From an uncultured archaeon (GTDB lineage Archaea; Thermoplasmatota; Penumbrarchaeia; JASLWR01), in the NCBI GenBank assembly GCA_964430885.1, contig CAYSHM010000009.1:38703-102702 (forward strand): DNA of 64,000 nt. The letters run 5' to 3'. Under the pieces are notes generated by a model. The model had not been told where the DNA came from. It searched no databases and saw only the letters and a program-made list of their open reading frames with translations. Made by a program: the position numbers and the translations under genes. Each line of letters starts with the position of its first letter. The first letter of the stretch is position 1. This document shows, piece by piece, positions 49,958 to 59,900 of this stretch.

Positions 49958-52900
49958 ATGAATGCCAAAGTATTGAGCCTATTGATGGTTGGCCTATTGT
50001 TTTTTAGTATAGTGCCTGCATGTGATTGGAATAACAACTTGGATCTAAAGATTTCAAGAGTTTCAGACCCAATAAAATTGGAACCCGGTGTCAGAGCACC
50101 CCACGGTGTGATCCGTATTAACGGGGATGAGGATTTCACATTGGAAAACGGTGTTACAGATGGGAGCGGTACTGAAGCTGACCCCTATATTATCGAGGAC
50201 ATGGATATTAACGGTTCAGGAGAAGGATTTTGTATTTTCATCGGGAATACAACAAAATATTTCCTTGTTAGGGACTGCGAATTCCATCACGGTGACGGTT
50301 CTGACGATACCTGGACTCCTGGAGTCGGGATATTTCTATTCAATGCGAGTAACGGAACCATTAGGTCGGTGAAATGTTACCGTAACGGAGACCTTGAGGG
50401 ATGGGGGATACTCCTTGATCAATGCCGAAAAATATCTGTGGATGATGCTGAACTATACCGCAACGGTAATGACCATCCGAATTACGGAATTCAACTAAAG
50501 GACTCGCATTACATATCCCTCATGAACAGTGTTCTTCACAATCAGAGCTTCTGTTTGAGAATGGACCATTCCGATAAGAATACCATCCATAACAACACCT
50601 TTTCAGATGATGTATTCGGTTTCTTCCTCGATCATTCTGACCACAACAATATGAGTTATAATACCGTTCTCAATACAGAGGTGTCAAATTTCGGCTCCTG
50701 CCCTTTCCTTTACACATGGAATGGTCAGGAATATGAGCTTTACGGCGATGTGAACGGAATGGGCGGCGTGGGATACAGCTTTGATATGACAGTATCCGGA
50801 GGTCAGGGAAGGGAACTCAGGCAACCTACTTCTCTTGATTATACTGCAATAGATTCATCCATGCTGGTTCCTCGAGACGGCTACTACGAGCTGGAACTTG
50901 TTGAGGAACAGGATGAGATAACCTATTTCGATGATGCCGAGCTGTGGGTCATTGATCACAGCGAGGATGTGGAGATCTACAATCCGGAGGCCGCACTCTG
51001 TTCATTTGAACCCTATCTTTTCGAACCTGTCATTCATACTGTCAGCGATCCAATAAAACCTGTGTCAGCAACCGACTGGAACGGAATGGACATACTGGAT
51101 GTCATTTCAGACCGGGACGGGATCTATACCGATGCCCAGCTTCTGAACGATAATTTCATAACAGTAGATCTTGGCGATCTATCAGATGCAGAGCAGATCA
51201 AGCTTATCTATGCTGGTTATACGGATTGGTCGCCAATAGGCAAACTGAAATCCAATGTTTATGCTGAGGTCATCAATACTGAAGGGCAGTGGGAGCTTGT
51301 ATCAACAGAAGAACATCTTGGCAAACCCGAAGCGATGCCTCGAACTTGGGTCATGGACATCACTGACTGGTTCAAGATCGACGATTTCCGGCTTAGGCTT
51401 CATACGGGCAACATCAAGATACACGTTGACTGGATCGCAGTTGACACGTCCTTGGACGAGGATGTAACGGTTACCAGGTTGGACCCCGCCTCTGCTGAAC
51501 ACTATTTCAAGGGCCCTGTCCATCCCACCTTTGAGCGTTTCGCCGGGGATTTCACACGATACGGTGATGTTCTGCCCCTTGTGACTGAAACTGATGATAT
51601 GTATGTGATAATGAAGGACGGCGATGCAGTAAATCTGAAATTCCCCGAGCAGCCATCAATTGGACTTGAACGTGATTTCTGGCTGGTTACCGATGCCTAT
51701 TTCAAACAGCCCTTTTTGAAACATTTTTTCGGTGAACGAGTTTCTCGTGTGGAGCCTCTTCCCTTCCATTCAATGAGCAATTATCCATATTCTTCTGAGG
51801 AAAATTATCCTGACTCCATTCAGTACCAGCAATATCGGGATACCTGGAATACCCGTAAGGTTGAACCAATGATACAGGGCGGTATGTCTTTGCCATATTC
51901 TGATAACAACACTGTTTTCCGCAATACTTTCATGGGAAGCGGTATGGCATACGGTCTAATACTGATAGAGGAGACCAACGCCTTCATCATCGGCAACCAA
52001 TTCCTCGACATGTCCAGGGCGGTTTTGGTAATTGATTCAGCTAATGTGGAGGTCAGGGATAATGTGGTAAGGAATATGTCCAATGGTGCTTTTTCCATCA
52101 ATTCAGAGGATACTATGGAGGTTCATAACAATATCTTGGAAAATGTATCAGATATGGGTTTTGAGATATTCGTTAATGATGAATTGAATATGACCAATAA
52201 TATCATTGATGGTGTAGTCCGCGGTATCTACATGGAGAACGGAGGAAATATCTATGTTGAGAACAACCGTGTGGAGAATTTCCTTGAATATGGTTTGTCC
52301 GGTTATGACCTATGGGGTGAGAGCAGAATAATTAACAATGCTTTCATAGGTGCTGATGTTCTGCAGTATGATCGAGAACTTGATGATGGCATGGTGGGTT
52401 TCTGGAAAATGGATGAGGAGAGCTGGAACGGAACAGCCGATGAGGTGATGGATTCCTCTCTATTGAACAATCACGGAACCTCGGTCAACGGTGCGGACGT
52501 CACCTATGGAAAATTAGGAAACGGAGGAGGATTCCCTGGGAACGATGATCATGTTAACTGCGGGAATCACAGCAGTATGGATCTCACAGGGCCTTTCACG
52601 ATATCAGGATGGGTGAAACCCAATGTCATAGCCGGATATCAGACATTGATCTCAAAGCAGGGAGGGGAAGATCCTTCGGACCTTTCATATTGTTTGCAGA
52701 TAAACCCTGGCAACCATTATGAATTGGAGATTGGAAATGGTACTGCCACACAGAAGATAACCGGGACAGAACAGGTTGATGCCGGAGTATGGAACCATTT
52801 TGCATTCGTTTATACTGGATCAACTACTTTGGAATACAGCGAGGATGAACATGTCAGCACCCACATCCACACCATAACACCCCAGAGTGTTGATCACGAT

Positions 52901-55582
52901 GTTGTCTTGGGAGTGAGAAGCGCTTCAAATCATACGGAATACCTTAATGGCACCCTGGATCATGTTCAGGTGTTCAATAGATCACTCAGTTCCGAAGAGG
53001 TCTATTCTCTTTACTACAGAACCATCGGGAAAGGTGCACATTTCTATCAAATGGGGGAGGTTAATATGGAGAACTGCCGTGTTGAAGGGTCGGTCTGGGG
53101 AATATTCATGGAAGATGTAGCGGCAGGGAGCATTCAGAACAACTACTTCGATAATCAATACAACCACAATATTACCCAGTGCGGTGATATTCAATGGAAT
53201 TCATCGATACGTCCAGGGGAGAATATTTTAGGTGGAAATCATCTGGGTGGAAATTACTGGTCTGATTATACTGGTGAGGACCTGGACGGTGATTGGATCG
53301 GGGATACCCAGGTCCCCTACGGTCCGGGAGACATGCATCCTCTGGTTTTTGAGACCCTACCACCTTCATTGGCTGATGTGACCGTCGGATCCCCTGTTGC
53401 TGGTGAGAACTTCACCATTGGAGCTGAATCATCCGATAAAGGAGGCAACGTGCAGCTATGGGTGGAGTACTGGTTTAATGATGAGGTCCATATTAACGAA
53501 AGTATGTTACAGACCAGGGTTTCATATTCCATTACAATTCCCATACCCAATATCATTGGGAACATGCACTATATTATCAGGGCCCGGGATGCAGCAGGTA
53601 ACTGGAATATCTCCAATGAGGTCAATGTCTCCATAATGGACAACACACTGCCCCTGGCTGATGCCGGAGCCGATATAGCTCTGGTCATGGGTGATACCGC
53701 ATATTTCAATGGCACGGGAAGCAGCGATAACATACTTGTTGCCAATTATACCTGGTCATTCGATTACGGCGGAGGCATGGTCCTACTGACCGGGGGTACC
53801 CCCGAGTTCGTGTTCCACATTGCAGGGTCCTATCTGATAACACTAGAAGTAACCGACCCTGCGGATAATACTGCCGAGGACACATTATGGGTGAATGTAT
53901 CAGACATTGTTCCCCCTGAGGTAACGTCCGTTGATTATCCAATCCTGGCATATACTGGGTCTCCCATCACCATTACATTGAACTGCACAGATGTAACCGA
54001 TGTTGATCATGTTTTCATAAACTATACTGCTGTCAACGGCTCCTGGAGCAATGAGACCCTGGAAAATATTGAAAACGACACTTTCAGAGTTGTACTGCCG
54101 GCTCAGAGCGAGGTCGGCAGTCTCCAGTTCACCATAGGTGCGGAGGATACCTGGGACAATATGGTGATCCTGCCCGCGGAGATCATTGACATTGAGCTTC
54201 CTCCGGACCTAATATCTCCCATAGCCGATGCCGGCCCGGATATGGAGCTGAAAGCTGGCGAGTCCGCTGCTTTCAACGGTTCAGGAAGCAGCGACGACAG
54301 AGGTGTGGTCAATTACACGTGGTCATTTGCGTATGATGGGTCGAATATAACCCTGTATGGGGCCATGCCGTCATTCATGTTCGATCAATGGGGTGTATAC
54401 AATATCACCTTGACAGTGAAAGACCTTGCTGGCAACAGCCACCGTGACAACCTGACACTTACCGTAATTCCGCCGAAATATCAGCTAACCATAACTGTGG
54501 AGCCAAAAGAGTCCTCGGTCTGGCTTAATGATGATAAGCTGACAAATGTGAACGGAAGCGCAGTTGTCAAAGACCTTGTACCTGGAACTTATAGAGTGAA
54601 GGCCTCTCAGGAAGGTTACGAAACACAGGAGAGGACCGTGGAGATTATCGACCGCAATGTAACTTTGAACATTCAGTTAGAATTGAAATCTCTCACCGAA
54701 CCCTTTGTGATCGTTGTGAAGAGTGATGCTGAGACACCTAAACCTCTTTCAGGGGTGAAAGTGTCCTTCGAACTGAATGATGTGAAATATTCCAATACTA
54801 CCGATGTGGACGGTAAGGCACATTTCGATATTCCACTGGGAACAGATATGACCGGAGTTGAGATAACCTATGAAAAGGACGGTGAAAAGGCTACTGCACC
54901 ATATGATCCCAGCGAAGATGCCTATATTTGGAAAGATAAGAAGGATGACGGCGGAGGTTTCCTGTGGATGCGTCTGTTGATAGGCGCCTTGTTATTAATA
55001 GCTGCAGTGGCGGTGTTTCTTTTCATAGGCAGGTCCAAGAAGGAATCTGATGACATCGAAACCGAAGAGGATCTGGAGGGACAAGAGGAGGAAAAGGATG
55101 AGGATGGGGACGAATATGAGGGTGAGGACGATGTTGACAGTGAAGCAGGTACTGACGAATCAGAGAAAGATGAAAATAAAGATGAAACCTCTGATGAAGG
55201 AACAGAGGACGATGCAGAAGCTGAAGATGAGGCCGAGGATTTTGAAGATGATCTAGGTGGATGGGAAGATGATGAGGATGACACTGAAGCAGAGATTAAG
55301 TCTGAAATCGAAGATCAAGAATCAGCGGTGGATACCGATAGTGCGGTAGAGGAGGAAGAGGCGGCGGATGAATGGTTAGAAGATGAAGATGATGCGGGGG
55401 ATGACCTATCGGATACTGAATCATGGGATGATGACACTGAAGAATCAGTGGATGATTGGGATACGGACCCTGATGAGGATACCAATGATCTTGAAGTAGA
55501 TGAAAATTCTGAGTCGGAGTGGGAAACCGATGATGGTGCTGATGAGGATTGGGATGACCAGGAGTTCAAGATAGAAATGTAG
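49958..55582 (+). CDS. Giant surface protein: NosD-like beta-helix with inserted domains, LamG, PKD x2, PEGA-like, TM, acidic tail
   Basis: GSGTEADPYIIE, GGNYWSDY, GFWKMDE..WNHF..LDHVQVFNRSLS and P.ADAG.D...FNG..S.D. SD GGTGAT before ATG 49958. Confidence 0.85.
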   Translation: MNAKVLSLLMVGLLFFSIVPACDWNNNLDLKISRVSDPIKLEPGVRAPHGVIRINGDEDFTLENGVTDGSGTEADPYIIEDMDINGSGEGFCIFIGNTTKYFLVRDCEFHHGDGSDDTWTPGVGIFLFNASNGTIRSVKCYRNGDLEGWGILLDQCRKISVDDAELYRNGNDHPNYGIQLKDSHYISLMNSVLHNQSFCLRMDHSDKNTIHNNTFSDDVFGFFLDHSDHNNMSYNTVLNTEVSNFGSCPFLYTWNGQEYELYGDVNGMGGVGYSFDMTVSGGQGRELRQPTSLDYTAIDSSMLVPRDGYYELELVEEQDEITYFDDAELWVIDHSEDVEIYNPEAALCSFEPYLFEPVIHTVSDPIKPVSATDWNGMDILDVISDRDGIYTDAQLLNDNFITVDLGDLSDAEQIKLIYAGYTDWSPIGKLKSNVYAEVINTEGQWELVSTEEHLGKPEAMPRTWVMDITDWFKIDDFRLRLHTGNIKIHVDWIAVDTSLDEDVTVTRLDPASAEHYFKGPVHPTFERFAGDFTRYGDVLPLVTETDDMYVIMKDGDAVNLKFPEQPSIGLERDFWLVTDAYFKQPFLKHFFGERVSRVEPLPFHSMSNYPYSSEENYPDSIQYQQYRDTWNTRKVEPMIQGGMSLPYSDNNTVFRNTFMGSGMAYGLILIEETNAFIIGNQFLDMSRAVLVIDSANVEVRDNVVRNMSNGAFSINSEDTMEVHNNILENVSDMGFEIFVNDELNMTNNIIDGVVRGIYMENGGNIYVENNRVENFLEYGLSGYDLWGESRIINNAFIGADVLQYDRELDDGMVGFWKMDEESWNGTADEVMDSSLLNNHGTSVNGADVTYGKLGNGGGFPGNDDHVNCGNHSSMDLTGPFTISGWVKPNVIAGYQTLISKQGGEDPSDLSYCLQINPGNHYELEIGNGTATQKITGTEQVDAGVWNHFAFVYTGSTTLEYSEDEHVSTHIHTITPQSVDHDVVLGVRSASNHTEYLNGTLDHVQVFNRSLSSEEVYSLYYRTIGKGAHFYQMGEVNMENCRVEGSVWGIFMEDVAAGSIQNNYFDNQYNHNITQCGDIQWNSSIRPGENILGGNHLGGNYWSDYTGEDLDGDWIGDTQVPYGPGDMHPLVFETLPPSLADVTVGSPVAGENFTIGAESSDKGGNVQLWVEYWFNDEVHINESMLQTRVSYSITIPIPNIIGNMHYIIRARDAAGNWNISNEVNVSIMDNTLPLADAGADIALVMGDTAYFNGTGSSDNILVANYTWSFDYGGGMVLLTGGTPEFVFHIAGSYLITLEVTDPADNTAEDTLWVNVSDIVPPEVTSVDYPILAYTGSPITITLNCTDVTDVDHVFINYTAVNGSWSNETLENIENDTFRVVLPAQSEVGSLQFTIGAEDTWDNMVILPAEIIDIELPPDLISPIADAGPDMELKAGESAAFNGSGSSDDRGVVNYTWSFAYDGSNITLYGAMPSFMFDQWGVYNITLTVKDLAGNSHRDNLTLTVIPPKYQLTITVEPKESSVWLNDDKLTNVNGSAVVKDLVPGTYRVKASQEGYETQERTVEIIDRNVTLNIQLELKSLTEPFVIVVKSDAETPKPLSGVKVSFELNDVKYSNTTDVDGKAHFDIPLGTDMTGVEITYEKDGEKATAPYDPSEDAYIWKDKKDDGGGFLWMRLLIGALLLIAAVAVFLFIGRSKKESDDIETEEDLEGQEEEKDEDGDEYEGEDDVDSEAGTDESEKDENKDETSDEGTEDDAEAEDEAEDFEDDLGGWEDDEDDTEAEIKSEIEDQESAVDTDSAVEEEEAADEWLEDEDDAGDDLSDTESWDDDTEESVDDWDTDPDEDTNDLEVDENSESEWETDDGADEDWDDQEFKIEM

Positions 55583-55595
55583 ATGATAGTTTAAA

Positions 55596-56645
55596 TCAAT
55601 CAATAATGTATCTATCAAATTCATAGGTCTGGTTTTCGTCTGCACTGGTAACTGCCGCTTCCTCTCCAATAAATCTCTCCATCACAAACATTTCTGTAAG
55701 AAAATGCTCAGTGGGATCCTTCACAGAAATCCTTCCTCCGAACAGTGCGATATACGGGAGCAGCTGATCGGCCAGGTGGGAATCAACGCAGGGCTGTTCC
55801 AATTCCCTTCTCATCTCTTTGGCAAGATTTTTTCCGATCCTCTCAGACGGCACCCCTCTTTTTCCGCATCCTGAAACGGCAATTTTACCTTTTCCGTATT
55901 GAGATACGGCAGCAGCACTGACCCCTGTGTTCCATTTCGGATTTGATGCTCTGTTGATATTCGTTTCTATATCAATATCACCAGTAAACCCGCGTCTTCT
56001 CATCGCTTCTTGGAATGAATTGAATATCCTCTGACCTATATGTTCTGGCAGATTATCAGACGCACAGTAGAATGTGGTCTTCAGGTGTTCGCCTTTCTCT
56101 TGAAGCAGAATTGGGGATGGCGGGTTTTCAATTGGTTCTGTGGTAATTCTGACCGCACCCTGACCTTTGGGATAGTATCCTCTCCTTTCCAGATGAGTAT
56201 CTATTTCATTGAAATACTTGTTAACCATGGGTTTGAACGCCTTGGTGAAATAATGCCAAGTTGGAGAAAAGGCCACATCAGTTCCGCCTCTAGCTTTTAA
56301 TGTGCATCTCCCATTGGAGAACAGTGATATTGGTAGAAAGACTGAACTCAGAAGAGTTAAGCTGCCTGCTCCGATATCAATACTGTAGCTTCCTGATTTG
56401 ATAGGGCCAGGGTTAAATGTGCAGCTGTCGGAACCCACCTGTGCCTCCGACACGGTAGCCCGGGTCATTCGGGCAGCAAGATCAAGACAGCCCAGATGCT
56501 GTCTTCTCAAACCAGGTGTCCTTCGGTTAGCTCTTATATTGAATATCCGAAATGGTTTACCGGTAATTGCGGAAAATGCAAGGGCGCATCTGAACAGCTG
56601 TCCCCCACCTTCACCGTAACTCCCGTCAATTTCGATCATGTTCAT
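55596..56645 (-). CDS. rtcA: RNA 3'-terminal phosphate cyclase
   Basis: IDGSYGEGGGQ, IRANR..PGLRRQHL, GGTDV, RGYYPKG and DSHLADQL. Confidence 0.93.
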   Translation of the reverse strand: MNMIEIDGSYGEGGGQLFRCALAFSAITGKPFRIFNIRANRRTPGLRRQHLGCLDLAARMTRATVSEAQVGSDSCTFNPGPIKSGSYSIDIGAGSLTLLSSVFLPISLFSNGRCTLKARGGTDVAFSPTWHYFTKAFKPMVNKYFNEIDTHLERRGYYPKGQGAVRITTEPIENPPSPILLQEKGEHLKTTFYCASDNLPEHIGQRIFNSFQEAMRRRGFTGDIDIETNINRASNPKWNTGVSAAAVSQYGKGKIAVSGCGKRGVPSERIGKNLAKEMRRELEQPCVDSHLADQLLPYIALFGGRISVKDPTEHFLTEMFVMERFIGEEAAVTSADENQTYEFDRYIID

Positions 56646-56900
56646 GATATTATATTGAAGGTAATTAATTATAATTGTTCTATTGGGCTGCTTTCAGGTA
56701 AATCATTTCAATCAAATCTATTTTCAATATATATTCATTTAAAATGAGCTGAACTGTGGCATGAATAGTTAATAATTTATAACTGATATGTATTATTTAT
56801 TAGATTACCATAGGGATTGCAGATAGAATGTCTGGGAACAGCCGTTAATTAATGGTTGTTCATTGATCCCCGTTCTATTGATAGATATGAAGGTGTTGGT

Positions 56901-59900
56901 ATGAGAGTTAGAAACCAGATCATGGTAAGTGCAGTGATATTGATTCTATTATTATCCGCTTGTTTCCCCCTCTTTTCGGATTTCTCCATGAAGAAGACCA
57001 GATCAGACATTTTACTGGAGCCAGGAGTTAAAAAGAACTGTAGATCTACCCGGGGAAATATAAACGGTACCTGGGGTTTGGGGGGATCGCCCTACCTTGT
57101 TGATACGAATATGACTGTAGAAGCAGGTGAAGGATTATCGGTTGAACCAGGTGTGGAGATAATATTCCAGGGGAACTATACATTTGAGGTTCTTGGAGAA
57201 CTCTCCATTGAAGGTAATTATTCTGCCTATGTCAACATCACTTCCAATAATACCGTCCCCAACAGCTCTTTTTCTAGAATATCCATCGGTGAAGCCGGAG
57301 TACTGAATCTTTCCTACGCCAATGTATCTTCCATACAAGGTATAGTAAATAATGGATCAGGTGTGATCAATTCGAGCATTTTTAACAGCTGTTCTCTTCC
57401 TATCACCTATCACGGTTCCAACACACCAGAGCTAGTTTCGATCATGAATACATCATTCTGGGCTTCTCAGGTATCGGATATTTTGTTGAACAACAGTAAT
57501 GTTTCCATATCTGATGTATACGGGTCCGGTCAATCAGGTCCTTCTGTTCAGTTCCAAAATGCTCAATCCAAACTTCTAGACTATAAATCGTTCTTAGTAG
57601 AATGCTATAGAGATACTGGAGAGGTAATGGAGGGGGCAGATCTTATTATTGAGAACGATACAGTCACCATTTATGCAACTTCTCACTATCAGGGTGACGA
57701 TCCTCAAACTGATAACGAAGGACGGACTAGCTGGATCAATGTTCTGACTAATACCAGTTATCAAAGCGGATGGGAAAATAATACCGTCTACATATCCATT
57801 TTCTACAGTGATGCAGGGGAATTGAACGTATCATTGGACCCTGTACATTTGGATACCATGTTGCCTTTCACTATTATATCATATCAGTCTGTCCTAGATG
57901 TGTTTTCACCTGAAAAACCCCTTTCATTTGAGCTTTCACAGCTAAATAATACCGCTTTTAATATTTCTTGGGAACCTTCCCTGACCCCTGATCTGGCCGA
58001 TCATGAGGTTTTCGTAAATAATGGAACAGGATGGCTTTCTGCTGCAATTGTCTCTAGTCCAGATAATTATACCCATTACCAGTCCGCAGAGGAGGATGTT
58101 AACTACCAGGTTAAAATGAGGTCTCTTGACGATGCAGGCAATCCTTCCGAGAACACAACCGTCATAAATCTTCTAATGGCGGATATTGAAGCACCTTATG
58201 TGGTGGATTTCGGACCGACAGGCCTGGATGTACCCCGTAATGAGGATATATTCATAAGATTCTCCGAAACCATGGATGAGCTTTCCGTGAAGTCATTTTT
58301 CACTATCTATCCAACTGCCCACCATACATTGACCCTTACCGAGAATGGGACCTTATTCAGAGCATCTCCCTACCAGACAATGACCCACAATACATTTTTC
58401 AACATAGAGCTTGCATCCAATGCAACAGATATCAGCGGAAATCGTTTGTTGGAAAATTTCACCTTCAATTTCACCACAGTCGCTGACTGGCAGGCGCCTG
58501 TTATATTGAGTTGGGAGCCTACTGGAAATAATGTATCCCGAAGACCGGACATTGTCATCCGTTTCAATGAAAGCATAGATGATGAGTCATTTATGAACGG
58601 TTTCTCCATTTATCCAGACGTCGACGGAACCCTATTCTTCGAACAAAACAACAAGATAGTTACTTTCAAACCAGATTCCAACCTGGATTACGGGACCACA
58701 TACGAGGTCACCCTTGCGGGAACCATTTCGGATACATCCGGTAATGCTATGGGTCAATTGATGACATTCAATTTCACCACCGTGGAAGCCCCTGATACTA
58801 CTGCTCCCACTATTACTGATTGGGGTCCGACAGGGAATAACATATCCATATGGTCATCCATATCCATTAATTTCTCGGAACCAATGTGGATCTGGTCAGT
58901 TTACATGTCTGTGAACATTACACCAAAAGGAGAGTTTGATTTCGAAGCAGGGTTGAATGGAACTTTGTTCCATTTTCATCCGCAGAAGGCCCTTGAAGGC
59001 AATACACGATATGAGGTGTCCGTATCACCCAATGCAAAGGACGAGGGCGGGAACTCGCTGTTATCCACATTCCGTTTCAACTTCACCACCCATGAAAGCG
59101 ATCCTCCATTGATTGAATCCTCTTGGCCTTCGGATAATGCACGTGATGTACCCTTATTCACCACAGTGGTTTTCACATTCAACGAACCTGTGACCCTCTC
59201 AGACAGCTTCAAGGTCACAATCGCACCTGAAATAGGATTCAATGCCATATTGAACGGAGTGAACAATTCTGTTACGATCATTCCCAATTCTACTTTTGAA
59301 CCATTGACCAGATATACCCTGACAATAAAAGGTGTTATAGATATATTCAACAATTCAATGACCAAAAAGGTGATCCATTTCTATACCGGTAAGGAAGAAG
59401 TTGTTGAAAATGCTCCAGTTGTAGATAGAACTTCTCCCCTTGACGGCTCAAAGGATGTTCCTCTGGGTACGCCTTTCTTCGTTACCTTCTTGGGTGAAAT
59501 ATCGGAATCCGATATCAATGATGACAACATGATACTGAAGGAGAACAACAGTACTAGAATAAATGGGACACTTGTGTTTGAGGATGGTTTTCTTTTATTG
59601 TTCCCCTTAGTGAATTTGAAATGGGATACTGATTATACAATAATCATATTCGGAATACTATCCCATCCCAACAAGATTCCCATGGCCAGTCCATACTATA
59701 TCAATTTTGAAACCAAACCGGAGCTTATTGTGCATCATGAATTCAAAATGGTGGATAACACACCTTTGAACGGCTCTACACTTGATATTGACAAGGACAA
59801 GATAGTTATATGGTTCAAGTTCAGCACATCCATCGACAAGAATCTGGCCCTTCAGTATATTTCAATAAGCCCAGTTGTAGATTTTGATCTGTCAGTGGAG

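Noticed and set aside
50696-51862. Intein (insert begins near Cys and ends WN-T)
   Set aside because: No Hint block B (TxxH), block F/G or LAGLIDADG motifs; it looks like a stand-alone extracellular domain.
55040-55582. GAT/GAG-rich repetitive DNA (also 45270-45740 and 60430-60866)
   Set aside because: Explained by Asp/Glu-rich coding; not a CRISPR or satellite array.
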